Shown in pieces: positions 1 to 13,440 of a stretch of DNA of 64,000 nt. A program made the translations under genes and the position numbers. Source of the DNA: Sphyrna mokarran (Eukaryota); NCBI GenBank assembly GCA_024679065.1, contig JAGIQG010000032.1, forward strand, positions 13,640,001 to 13,704,000, read 5' to 3'. The stretch's first letter is position 1; each line of letters opens with the position of its first letter. The notes under the pieces were generated by a model. That model was not told the origin of the DNA. It did no database searches and saw only the letters and a list, made by a program, of their open reading frames with translations.

Positions 1-2191
1 ATTAACCTGCTTTGAAAGTGCAACTTACTAATTAAAAAAAAGCTTTATTCTGGCTTTGTTTAATTTTTGTACATTTTTGATGTATCTTTAGTGTCCCTTA
101 ATATAAATAGTTGCTCACTAATGAATTTATCATTGAAAATAGTGTCCTGTAGCAAGGCAAGAATGTGCTGTCAAATCTGCTACAGGCAAGGGCCCGTTTG
201 GAACATTGCATCCAACCATGCAGCTCAACGAAGAGTAGAAATTGTGGGTAATGTACTATGAGTGCACACTAACCAAGCTGCCTCACAAGCAACAGCCAGA
301 AGCAAAACCACAATCCTATCCAGTAATGTTGCTGGGGATAGATTTCCTGCAGATCCGACAAAATATTGCTTCTCGCTTGGCATTTCAGTCATGCCTGCTC
401 GAAACCTTGCACGTTTATTTAATTTCCCCCCTCGTTTTCTACATTCCACACTCTCAGTCCTTCACAATCATCATGACAAAACATTTGTCTATTAAAATGT
501 TCGTCGCCTAGATGCATGCAGTCAGTGCAGGTGCTAATAACTGCGAAACCATTTAGTGATTTTACACCATGGCTGAATATTTCATGACGCTCTGTGTGTT
601 TCACGATTTAGTCAATGGACCTCTGTCACTTCAATCTTTGCTGACTGCCTTGACTGGCGCAATAAAGCTCCGCCAAGATAGCTATCTTTCACCAACTGTC
701 ACTCATTGCAGCCTGTCACTGGCAAACTCTTGTTGAACGCTACTACTCACAGAGAATAACTACGACATTTGTTACACCGTAATGCTCTGTTCTGATGGAT
801 TTGAACAAATGCGTTGTGATTAATAGACCCAACATTCACCGACTACAATTAGAAGCAAGTATCCGATGACCCTCTGAAATCCAACAGAATGGTATTAATT
901 TCATGTAAAGAATGTCAGACTGGCACTCGTTAGAACTTGTTATACTGAAGGCTCAAACAGTTCTGTGCTTGGCGTTCAAGCTGCGTTTAGCAATTCCAAT
1001 GTGATGCTGACTAGACAGCACTAGCAGGGGATGACTATTCTTGCTCAGTCCCTCTCCACCAGGCAATGAAAGCAGGCTGCTCTTTGAAATTTTCCATTCC
1101 CATCATGCAAACTGACAAAGGCATGCTTTTCAAAACCCACTTCCAAACTGTTGATCATTACTTATTTACTAAGGCCTTGAGGCATGTGTGCCTGCAAAAA
1201 CCATATTTGATACAATACATACCAGCTTATTCACCCTTGTGCAATAAGCACCCCTTAGGCTGACTTAAACCGGCACTTAATATTGCCCATAAAACGTAGC
1301 TTGTAATTCCAAAATATGTAATATTTAAGGTATAATATTTCTGCAGGAAAAGGATTTCTGAAGGGTTCGGTGACTCTGTGTTCAGTAATTCTCTGTTTTG
1401 CTGTGGGCTATGAGTTAAAAAAACTGCACCAAGCATAGACGACCTGTCATTTCACTACCCAAGGGCCACTAATATAAAGGAGTACCCTACAGCAGCAAAA
1501 CTTCGGCACAGCTTTGAAGCGTACGAGAACAGCAGAACTTGCTCCCTAGAATTATTACTGCATGCAGATCAAAAGAGCCAATGCATATTTTACATGGTAA
1601 ACAGGGACCCTCTGCTCATCTGTGAAATGTTTGGAGTTTCTGTAAACCTGAAGCAATCTTCATGTAATATCGTTTCATATGCTAAGTGGATGAAGCTGTT
1701 TACTTGTCTAACATTGTACGCACTTTAATCCTTGACACAGGAGCCGCACAGTATCCATCACAGCTCTTCTTCTACCTTACCCCCACCAATTATTAGCTTC
1801 TCCTTCTTTCCTCTGAGTCAAAATCAATTAATGCCAAATTAATACAAATGGACAAGATAAAAGGAATGTAGAAAATTTGGGTTCATTTTTCATTGCGCCG
1901 CCATATCTCACATATGGCCTAAAGTACAGAAAACAGGACTCGAAGGGCTTCGCGCAAACGGTGAATAGCCTGAGGCAGAGTAACCGTATGAGTCTCTCTG
2001 ATTGGTTACCGCTGTCATTAGTGCCATTGCTGTTTAAGAAGTACATGCGGACAGGCTGAGGTGACAGCTGAGACTTTAAAGGCTGCGTTTTCTCTAACAG
2101 CTTTTCCTACCCTCTTTCATGACAGAAATATTTCAACTCTATCATTAACTGCTGACAGGCTGACAGAATAAATACTTCAGCCTTTAAGGAT

Positions 2192-2236
2192 TTCTCTCTT
2201 GCTCGCTCACTCGCGCTCTCTCTCTCTCTCTCTCTT
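2192..2236. repeat. Imperfect (CT)n/(GA)n microsatellite just downstream of the 94-nt exon donor
   Basis: ttctctcttgctcgctcactcgcgctctctctctctctctctctt. Confidence 0.85.
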
Positions 2237-2266
2237 TAGACACAAGAGTTCTTTAAGCTGTCTTAC

Positions 2267-2360
2267 CTCATCAGTTTGGGTGAACTGTTGGGTGAATTTC
2301 GCATACCTCCATTTCGCTGCTTCTTTTTGGGTGACAGAGCTGATGGGTTTTCATCTTGAA
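2267..2360 (-). CDS. KCNMA1: KCNMA1 constitutive exon (94 nt): (L/F)[30 protein letters not shown](R)
   Basis: Acceptor cttccatatgtttgcag|TTCAAG and donor GATGAG|gtaaga; phase 1-2. Confidence 0.97.
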
Positions 2361-5300
2361 CTGCAAACATATGGAAGATGGGAGATTAGGAGCCATTTTA
2401 AGTCTGATATGATATGAAAATGAAATATTAAAAAAAATTAAACAGAAAGTGACTCATTATGAAAGTTAAAGGTCCCCATTATAGGCAACTAACAAGATTT
2501 GAGAATAGGAGGATAACGTAGGGAAAGCACAATCAAAATGAGTTTAAAACCCTAGCTATCACAACTAGGGTTATGTATTATTCAGTATTATTCAGACTAC
2601 GGTACTGTAAGGACAGTGAAACAGATAATTAAAGGAAAATTCAAATCAATACACATAGAAATAAAAAGAAGAGGAAGCTGAGTAGAAACAGCCTAAATTT
2701 GGGTGGTCAGGAACACAAGGCATCACTGACCACTCCAAAAATACGAATAAACCACACTCGGTATAGACTTAAATATATGTGATGTGCTGTAGTAATTTAT
2801 TAAAAAAATGAATCAAACCACTCGGGTTAAAGACGGTGTCATCCCGAGCATGCAGTTTTCACAAATGGGTGCCTGTGTTCAATCAGCAGTGGCCAAAGGA
2901 ACTACACATGTACAACTTGCAGGGCTGGGCAAAGCACACAAGGTGACAGAAAATACTCCAGGGTGCGTCCCTCTGCCTTTCAAACCAGGGCTGTTAAAAA
3001 AGGTAGATAAAGTTTAACTAAAGTATTTAATTCATTAATCCATTATGGACTATTAATTGTTGAACTACTTAAACAGTATGTTACTATTCCAAAAATGTTA
3101 AAACCCACATAACACTGTACCTTGCTTGTCATTCTGTTCATGGGGATTTAAATGCATTTAGGCAAATAGCATATTTTCAGTTACTCTAACATCATCTGAC
3201 ACCTTATTTACATATTTATTGAATCACTGGAATTCAATTGGAATTGTTAAAATAGGTACAGAGTTAGCAAGTAGCTGTGATCTGTACAACCTGTAGTTTA
3301 GTTTTGTTGCGGTCAGGACTAATGTTTTATATGCACATTGGGATATGGTGTGAATTCAGTGACTCACATGCAAGGACTACAAATTGGATTATTGACAATG
3401 GAAACCTGCAACCAATGTGGAATTTTATAGAATGACAGGTCAGAAAAGAGCATGTGGATCAAAGGTTTGGAAGAGGAATGGAAAGATAGAGGAATTTAAG
3501 AGGTTGCTTCCAATGATTGGAGTCACAGAATACAGGAAATAAGGTGCCATGGGAAATTGTGACATAATATTATGGTTTTAGGGTTTGCTGCATGTGCCTT
3601 TCCATTTATCATCTGCTAGATGCTATTAACTCTTTCAGTTTGTGCAGAATTACTGCACGGTATACAACAGGAACACAGATGGAGCCCATGATAAAAATAC
3701 TACCCCAGCCTTCAATACTGAACCCAATGACAGCAGCAACAACAAAAGAAGATATTTCTCTCTAAAGTGCACATAGGAATAAATTGAGATATTGCAACTA
3801 CTCCAATATTTTTGACAGAATTGAGAAAGGCTGCCAGAATCTCCGGGAGAGCTCGATTCATTGTGGCTGTCAGACTATGACGAACACATCAACCAGCATT
3901 AAACAACACTGTCTAGAACACAATTAGCAAGAGATTCTAGTATAATATGCTGCTTACAAAAAAAAAAAGCCCTTGCCAAGGGTTCTGGAGGGCTGCAGCA
4001 GTGACGACAGTGAGAGTTGGAAAGAAAATAATTCATGGGCTGTTAAATCGGGGTGGACTGAGATACTGGGTGATTTGAAACGCTAAAGAGCAGGGCTTTG
4101 GCTCAGAAATTTTCAAACATTTTCTGGAACATGTTTAGTCAGACTTCAAACTGTTATTACTGGCAAGTGATAAGATGACACAGTTCCACTCCCCCCTACC
4201 CTAAGACAGTGATCCACAAAACCTGGAACAGTACACTCTTTACCTTTAAAGCTGTGATATATTACCGTGAAACCACAAAAGTGTTTTCATTCCTCATTTG
4301 CAATATAATTTTTTAAACTTGCTTGAACATACATTTCCTTACATTAAATCAGCATGGGCAGGTGGTTCTGAATAATGTAGGTAGCCTTCATCTATTTGCG
4401 TTACTTATAAACATGCAATAGTGTATGTGTCCCAGCAGGTTCACAGAGTAATCTGTAACTACTAATAATTCTGCATGATATATTGACAAAAAGACATAAT
4501 CGCTGAAAAATAATTTCAGATCATATCCAAAAAGCTGTTAGTTGGGTTTATGCATTTTTAAATAATTTCTGCTTATTTTGAACTTAATTAAATTGTAATA
4601 AATCTATCCAAATCTCAGTCTCCCAGCACTGAAAAACCTGAGCTTTAAACTCTCGAGCTCTGAAACTAGTTGCTTTTACCAAGAATGGTTCTTTGTGTGT
4701 ACATGCACTCTCCTTTATTTTGAAACTTAATTGCATTTATTTGGGTTTGTTTAAATGGTGCAATGAAATGGAGACTTAACGCGCATCAGACAATAAAAGG
4801 ATCACTTCTGGGTGGACTGCACTCTTGTCACCACTTGGCAGATTTTCTGTGTGCGTCTGTTTTTTTTTTAAGTACTGTTTGAAAGGAGGGAAAAAAAGGC
4901 ACCCCAAACTACGCTGTCATGCACAGCTGTCAGCACTGGCTGCGGAATGTGACCAAGGGCATTTATGGAGGTCACTGAAAACAGAACGGATGGACTGGTA
5001 TCTGTACTCCATAGACAAGCTTAGTGCCTGATGTAACTTACAGTGGACAACACCTCCCTGTTCCCTTGCATTCAGCAGACACAGGCAACTGAGTGAAGGG
5101 TCACTGAGCAAGTAAACGTCCCCTTTGTTCCTGTTAACATGCAGCATGGATCCTGCCTCTTCTGTAACAGGTGCAAGCTTTGGCAAAAGCACGTGATTGT
5201 GGAATTGTGGGCTTTAAATGACTCACTTAGTAAACCCGCTTGAGCTTCATCCTTTACTGACAAGTATGAAAGAGGAGATACATTAAAAACAAATTTAAAC

Positions 5301-8300
5301 TGAGCATTGGCATGTCAGAAATTATTTTTGATAGCATTTTACAACTTCTTTTCCCCTGTTCTGCTTAAAAAAATACTTAGATCAAATTTCACTGGCAAGT
5401 CTTGGCTGTCTAAAATATATAATCTGATGTTGCAGTGAGACAAATAGTTACCAGCCAATTGGGATGTAGGACTTATAATCTTCAATGAGGTAAACAGTCA
5501 AACAAGCTTTCGCTGCACCTGCGCTTGTAGTTCATTATCTGGGATGCTGGCAAATCACTCAAAAGCAATTTGTATTAGTACAAATTGTACAGATAACACA
5601 CTTGCTACTTTGTGACTGTGTTGCAGGGCTTTAGTGCTTATAATTGAATTGATGACAACTTACACACATGCTCCTTAAGCAACCTTTTAACAATCGGCAC
5701 TATATGATGTATCCCGTAATGCACATAGCATAAATGGTGTCAAACCAGAAACCAGCCAAAGAGCAGAGTTCCTCAATTCTGTTGTTAAGATAAATTATAT
5801 TTAATGAGATCAAATCATGCTTAAAAACAAACCCATACATTTTCTCCCCTCTTCTCACTTTGATATTCTCCTATTGTCTGCAAGTTTTTTTAAAGTCTCC
5901 TATTGTATAGATGAGTTTTTCATGGACCCCACAAAAGGTGATCTGAATCCATTCAAGAATGGATATTCCAGCTGTAAGTTTCAGGACCTTCTTTTAAAAC
6001 CTGTTATCCATTTGGGAAGTGCCCTGTCACTATTCACCACTTGGATCTCAGTTTGGCTAAGCTAGGGAATAGAGTGTGTGGGAAAAGCCAAATTCCAAGT
6101 CCCATTTCCTTCAATTCTGTGCTGCAGCAAACTAAGGATTAAAGTGTTTAAGGAAACCAGACCCATTTCCCTTAATTACTCACCAATGCAACCTTCTCTT
6201 TTTCTAACTCTAGTTCCCATTGCTGCATTCTCAATGTGAAAGAGTTACTATTGTTTGCAGGATTGGGTAACTAGGCAGCAGTAAGATTTCTCATTGAAAA
6301 TGAACCTAATTATGAACTCTCTGGGTTGCACAATATTGTCCTGGGTCAGATTTGTGTTCATAATATCATGCTCTCCACAATAGCCCCCACCTTGAAAATA
6401 ATAACTAGCAGACTCTGCAGTCTATACTTTGTGCTAACACTCATCAGTACAAGCTTAACTTGTGAATAGGGGAGCAATAGAATCTACTGACCACAGTAGG
6501 AGAAACCCCGCTGAAATTAAACTGTTCTTCTGTGATACTGGCATTATTGTTCAGAGACCTGATTCTGGAGCTGAGGCTTCAAGAAGGCCCCTCCCAAACT
6601 CCCACCCCCCCCTTTCTGACCCACCTCCCATCAAACACACAAGGTAGCAAATGGCCAATGGCATTGAGAAGACTCAAAAGTAACTTCTAAAATGAAAATG
6701 TGTCCGTCCATCAAATAATTTGAGCTGAAATTAATAAACGTTGACATCAATTACAGTTTGCTTGATGCCAAATCTGAAGGTGCATTTCCTACAAGCTCTG
6801 GCATAATAACAGGGACCCAGTGGAAATAATGTGTGACTCATGTATGCTTGATTAGTGTGCACAGTAATTGTAATAAATAGTGTCCTGTGAACAACAGCAA
6901 ATCATTTGGATTAATTTAATATTTGGAGAAGTGCTTGAGGGATCGACAATAATACAAATAAATATCTACAGAAAACGTATTTTGCCATATTTAATCAGGA
7001 GCATCTCATCATGAATGACTTACAATAATTATATCACGCTATTTATCATTTTCCATTAATGTCTTTAACTTTGATAAGACATTGAGGATTGTCGAAAAAA
7101 TTCAGATCAAATCCTTGTAAGACTGAAGTTTTGAACCAAACATCTGAACCCGAGGAAGTGTAATGTGTTTTAGATTTCTCCTGTTACTGCGTAATTAGAC
7201 AGGGTTAATTCATTTCATCTGGTCATTATTATAAATCTTATTGAACTGATTGTCAAGCATCAGAAAACGTCAGAATGACTTATTGAGATCGTTTCACTTT
7301 TAATATAAGCCAATGGCTTTTTGTTTTGAAAAACACTGCACTTCCACATTAACGAGGACACTTCCAGAAATCTCTGGACAACGGCAGCAAAAATCCCCAA
7401 ACTAGCTTAAAGCAATTCGTGGAGGTTGATTTTAACGTCAGCTGCTGCTTAGATTCAAACCCCCGCACCGATAACTCCTGGATTCATCTGCGTGTTGTCA
7501 AACATGTACAGCATTAGTTTGAGAATTCGCAGGGTGGCAGTTTCACTGAGGATCCAGAATGATCCAGACGGCTGCTGTCTATTTACGCGCGGCAAGGCAA
7601 ATGATGTGCTTGCCGTGCATTTTTTCTCAGTTATGCAATGACTGGTTAGCAATTGAAAAGATAACATGAGAAAATGTTCATACTTTTTTTTATCAGCAAC
7701 TATGTTCCTTCAGCCTGCTCATTTATATTTCCCAGCTTGCACAATATTAGAGTTAAAAGGTCTTTGTCTCATCAGTGGTGAAGGGAAAGATACAAAACAT
7801 TGTCAGGGAATATCTCTGGGTTTGGTCAGCTATAATCTTTCAGACATTGTGCTTAGCATTTGTTGCAAATGAACTTATCTCTACGTATACAATCAGAACT
7901 GGTCGCACCCATTGAAATCAGACGCTATCCGTCAATTATATTCCTTTTGTAAAATCTACAAGGTTAGCGATTTTAACATAAAGAGGTTTCAGAAAGGCAT
8001 TTGTGAAATCTTTGAAACTCAGGATCAAATGCAGCAGAATTTTCCAGTCGCCCGTGGGGAATAAATAGGAGGTAAGGAAATAAACAGCCTATTTACTCTA
8101 ACGCCAAAGAACGCACGCCTGTGTGTGTGAGTGAGACAGTGTGACACTGTATGTAATCTATAATAAACACAGGGTTCTCTGATATCTTATTCCTTAAGTA
8201 GCAGCACCACCTGCTGTTTAATACATTCATCTAATCATCTGCACGATCTCTTCCACACTCCACCAACTATTGTTTTAATTTAAGTTTAAATGAAAAACAA

Positions 8301-11300
8301 TTACTAGGCATGGTGGAACTGGTTACATTTAGATTAGGCAGTGTACAGTAGTACTATTAAGTGAAACGGCCCCATTTAATTCGTTAATTTTTTAAAAAGC
8401 ATAATTCAAAACTAAAAATTAGAGTGCACTGATTACTTGAATAAAAATGTCTAAAGTATTCAACTATTTAATTATTTATTTTCACAAGGATTGTTTCCTT
8501 TCTATATATTTAATGCCCTATCCCTGGCCTTATGAAATCTGAATGAAGCTTTCTAAATGATAGTGTACATTAAAGGCAATATCCATATTTGGCTCAGCTA
8601 AGCAGTGCTCAAATAAATACCATAGTCCATGTCACTGCACTTTTTAGTTTAACCACCACATTGTTGTTCCCACATTACAACGACGCAGAACAGCAAGAAA
8701 CCACACTTAGCTTTTAATGTAGCATTAAAGAGGCACATGCTATTAAAACATCAAATAGACAGAAGACAGTAAATCCAATCTTGAGTTCCAAAAATGTTCA
8801 TGGAAACAACGGATTGCTGCCCTCTTCATGGTCTTAATGATACCATTATAAACACTTGCTCCACCTGCAGGAATGTGGCTTTCTCCCAGGTACCTGTGTA
8901 ATTGTCTGGAGTCCATTTCAGCTTCATTCAAAGATCATTTTTAGAACCTTTAAGATTACGCTTCTTGTGTAATATGTTCAGAGGACGAGCAGACTGGAAA
9001 TCAGGATGGAGTTGGGGAAGTGACAGAGGACGGCTCAGCAGGCATTTCAAATACGTCCAGCAATTATTTTTGATCAATGGGCAGAGCAGCACTTCAAGAC
9101 TTACCACAAGCGGCAGCTCGAAGGAGCCAGAGCTCTGCTGACGTTGCTGGCACTTGAAGATTCGGCAGAAAGGAGCTGCTGATATAGATATTCTTCCTCG
9201 ACATGTTTCACTTACAGCTTGCCTCCTCCTCCAACCTCCCCAGTGCCTCTTTACAATTATGGGTGGAATAGCTGAATTGGAGCAACTAAGAAGGTCCCAG
9301 GTGTAATCCCGGTTTATGTTGTGTCAGGCAGATGGGTGGGTGACCCAAACACTCTGGGTTAGAGAGGCACAAATTGGCTCTGCATCATTGAGAGGGATGC
9401 ATGTTTAAACATGGAGCTGGAAACATTTCTGTGATTGTTTCCCGCTTGCATTCTCATACCCCCGTCAAGATAAATAATAACCATTCAAACAAAACACCAG
9501 AGGGTGACCAGCATTTCTGTAACCATACCATGTTAGGAATCAAAACCTTGAAGAACTGGGGAGAAAAAATACAATCTAATTCAAAGGCCAGTACTTCAGT
9601 TAAAGAGCCCAGATATTTGACCCTATGTGTGTTGACTTAGGCACAAGCCAGTGACATAAATGAAGAGGCTTAAGATTCAAAAGATCAATATCAGCCATTT
9701 CATCTGAGCAAATCTTGATTATGGCTGATCCCAGTATCACTGACGTCTAATTGACAAAGTGGCTGCAAAAAAAACCCCAACTAAAATAGATAATCACTGC
9801 ACTCCAACTAGAAGGATAAATCTAAAGGAATGGAAACAAACTGCAGACGGGCAAGGCAGGTGGGTTAAGGGGAGAACACGGGAAAAATAAATCAAACGGA
9901 AGGCAAAAGGGACAGGGATAAATTAATTGTTGACAAACCAATGACTTACTTGAGCTGATATATCCGTTATAGCCATATTTTGCTGAAGATAATGCAAAAA
10001 AAAATGACAGGTTAAAAGATGCAGAAAACAAGAATTATGTTTCATGAAAGGTCAATGTGAAGCACAGGGAAAAGAAATTCAATACAGGGGACCTTACGTT
10101 TTAAAATGTCAGGATTGGTAATGCACTCCACTCAGTGTCTCCCATACATGTTACTAGTTGTATTGCTTCTTGTGCTCATCTCTATATACAAATGAACTCC
10201 TAAACTAAGTGATCACTAATGTATAATGGGTGACATTCGTAACACCACCAAAAATGTGCTGAAAATGATAAGGCATATATCTCGTAATGGCCATTAGAGA
10301 TCCTCGAGCCAATACAAAAATTCTATCACCAGTTTGGATCCTGAGGAGAGATGCCCAGGTGTACGAATCTCTATTAAGCTTGTTGTAAAGTTTAGTATTC
10401 ATTTCCACGCCCCGCGCCACATTAATACCAACAGGAGAAAGGGGTATATGATGCTGGCCAGCAGGCATGGCACATTCTGAAGTCAAATCAAACTAGGCAG
10501 TTGAACCATAGATGTCATTTGCAGAGTGAACCAGGGAAGCTGCTGGGAAAATACCTTTGAAGTAGAACATAGAGCAATGAAGGGATTGTGAAGAGGAGAA
10601 AAGTACATAGTTCAAGAAAGGAGTAAGCCTCCATAGTGAAGCACCAGGCCAGAATTCGGATAGAAAATGAGTTCAATCCCAATTATCCCGAAGAAACTTA
10701 ATGAAAGAAAACTGCAGTGCTAAATTGAGGAAGTAAAGGGATAAACTAATTGTTTGCAAACCGATGACTTACATGAACTGATATATCTGACAGACAGCAC
10801 CATAAGAGCTCTTTGCAATCTAAGTAGCTTTTGCTTTTCTGTGTGGTGTTCTACTCTGGAGATAATGCTAGCAGAAGAATTGCCTCACTAAAATTATTGA
10901 ATTCAGTGCTGACAAGTGCAATTGCTGTCTGCATCTGGATAGCCTGGGCGGAACTCTGTTTCTAATGCAGGCTGACTTGAGGAAAGAAACAGGAGCTGAA
11001 ATTTGCTTTGAGCCTGCTCTGGGTGAAGGTTTGCGCTTCTCCATAAAAGCTTTTGTATTATTCACAAAAGGTCACTCTTTGGACTGAAGGCAGGAGTGTG
11101 ACAGAAATGTTCCCAGGAAACAGTTCTTGTCCTGGCATCTGTCGCATGGAATAGTCCAGAGCGGAAGGGCTCCGAAAAATAACTGCTGAGCATCTGTCTT
11201 GCACAAAAAATGTTGCAAGAAGATTCTGCTGCCTGGTGGTAAGAAACTGTCAGGGTGAGTTTCATGACAACCAGCAACATTCAGAAAATGAAAATGCAAA

Positions 11301-12082
11301 CATAATTTCCATGTCACCACATATAAACCCTCCACTGAATTCACAGCACAAGATGCAGACAGCATCATTTCCAGCCTGTCCACATCACAACAAACCACTC
11401 ACTGTTTAGTTTCCAGTGACCCTGGTAAAAACACTGTAGTAACAAACCCAAGCTAACGACTGCCGTTAGCAATAGAAATTCCTGACCTCTCTTCTTAAAG
11501 CTCCAGTCTCTCTTCCAGTTGGCCTGCACAGGTTGTCTTTTAAATGTCATCTTGCTGCAACGCCCCCTTTAAAATGTTTGCATGGCATTAAGAACAGGTT
11601 AGCAGTGCATAGAAAGAAAAAGGACATTGCTTCCCATGATTTAACTACATTGGTACTTCACGGTATCATTTGGATAACAAATAGGGTCCCACAGCTTGAA
11701 ATTGCTTAGATCTATTTTTGCACACATTAATTACACACTGATCCTTTGGTGCAAGCATTCAAAGATCTCCTCCAAGCAAAACTTCATTCTCACTTAGCTA
11801 TATATGGAATTCCCTATTAAACCTCAATATTGAAAAGACAAGCTCAAGGTGACCCACCACCACCTTATCAGGATAACTACAAATTGAGCAACAATTGCAG
11901 CCTGGCAAGTCACTCACATCCCAAAAACAAACACTATCATAAGATAGGTCAGACAAGAAAAAGACACTTGTGGTTATTCATCTTACCAGAATGGTCTCTA
12001 TTTTTTTTAAAGTGAAGCCAGAAAGCCATTTTGTGCTCAACCATAATTCCCTACAATCCATTCCAACTTTCTTTCAGAATGA

Positions 12083-12300
12083 AAAGTAGAATACTGTGGG
12101 TGTTGGAAATCTAAACTAAGAAAGAGAAGATGCTAGGGGTGCTCAACAGGTCAGGCACCATTTGTGGAGACAGAATCAGAGTTAATGTCTGCGACCTTTC
12201 ATCAGAAGTTGGAAAAGTTAGAACTTTAATTGGTTTTGAGCAATGGGAGGGTTTGCACAAAGACAAAGGGTAGGTCTGTGATCAGGTGCAAAACAGGAGT
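12083..12300. mobile_element. Decayed Penelope-like terminal repeat fragment
   Basis: Resembles the common shark repeat ...gctggaaatactcagcaggtcaggcagcatctgtggagagagaaacagagttaa...ttcatcagaa; an opposite-orientation piece lies at about 14030-14100. Confidence 0.5.
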
Positions 12301-13087
12301 GATGGGATGATCTTGGGCCTCAGGGAAAAACCCAGCCCTTACTCAAAACCTAGTACATTTCTGACTTTTCCCAGTTCTAATGAAAGACCACAGGCTTGAA
12401 ATGCTGGACCTGAATTTATGCAAAGGTAGAAACTGCAAAAATGGCACGACAGGCCTGAATTGGAAATCCTGCCGAGTCCCACCCAGGAGAGGTAATAGAG
12501 ATAAATTGAACTTTGCACATCTCTGGCCCTCAGAGGCAGCTGTACATGTTAACATGTACAGCTGCCTCCAGTCTGATCTAATTGTTACTAGGAATTGGAA
12601 ATATGATAGTGCGCATTACACCTGATAGTTGAAGATTTAAATGTAGAGGAATTATGGTACCCTTTTTGAAATGGCCCCAGGATGGCTTTGTGAGAGGTCT
12701 GTACCCTTGGGGGGGAAACGTGATGTGCCCTTTGGGATTGTTCAAAGTAAACATGAATGTGTGTAATAGTGAATAAACAGTCAAGCTCATTGGAACACTC
12801 AAGCTCAATTGACCTGTCAAACAGAGATGTCACAGGGAACTGTCGAGGCAACTGTTAAGGCTCAATGGAACTGTCAAGCTTTCAACAGAATTAAATATCC
12901 AAACTTTTAATTAAAAAACTTTAATTAAAGAAAACTGGTGCTTGCTAACACTCTGCCTGTTAACATTAGTTATCATTATAGGATTAGTGCTGCATCACTG
13001 ATTTCACAATCTATCATTATCACAGTAGGTTGCCTGTCAGTTCCCATCTTGATTGACTGCTCAAAGTGGTTATAAAGCTTTTCATTT

Positions 13088-13440
13088 TATTTTCTTCATT
13101 CACGGGAAATGGGTGTTGCTAGCTGGCCAGCATTTATTGCCCTTCCCAGTTGCCCTTGGAGGGCAGTCGAGTGTCAATCACATTGCTGTGGCTCTACAGT
13201 CACATATAGGCCAGACCAAGTAATAAGGATGGTAGATGTTGTTCCCTAAATGAATCAGATGGGATTTTCCAACAATTGACAATAGTTTCAAGGCCATTGG
13301 TGGATTCTCAATTACAGATTTTTTTATTGAATTCAAATTCTACTATCTGCCTTGGCAGGATTTGAATCTGGGCCCTCAGAACATTAACTGAATTTGTGGG
13401 TTAATAGTCTAGTGATAATACCAGTGGGCCATCGCTTCCC
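13088..13440 (-). mobile_element. tRNA-derived SINE with Meta-domain-like core
   Basis: Reverse-complement match to the copy at 63247-63620 (ggccagcatttattgccc tail; cacattgctgtgg...cacatataggccagacc core). Confidence 0.75.

Noticed and set aside
11236-11260. Plus-strand donor-like motifs (TG|gtaag, AGG|gtgagt) suggesting an antisense transcript exon
   Set aside because: No matching acceptor or promoter evidence can be established from sequence alone
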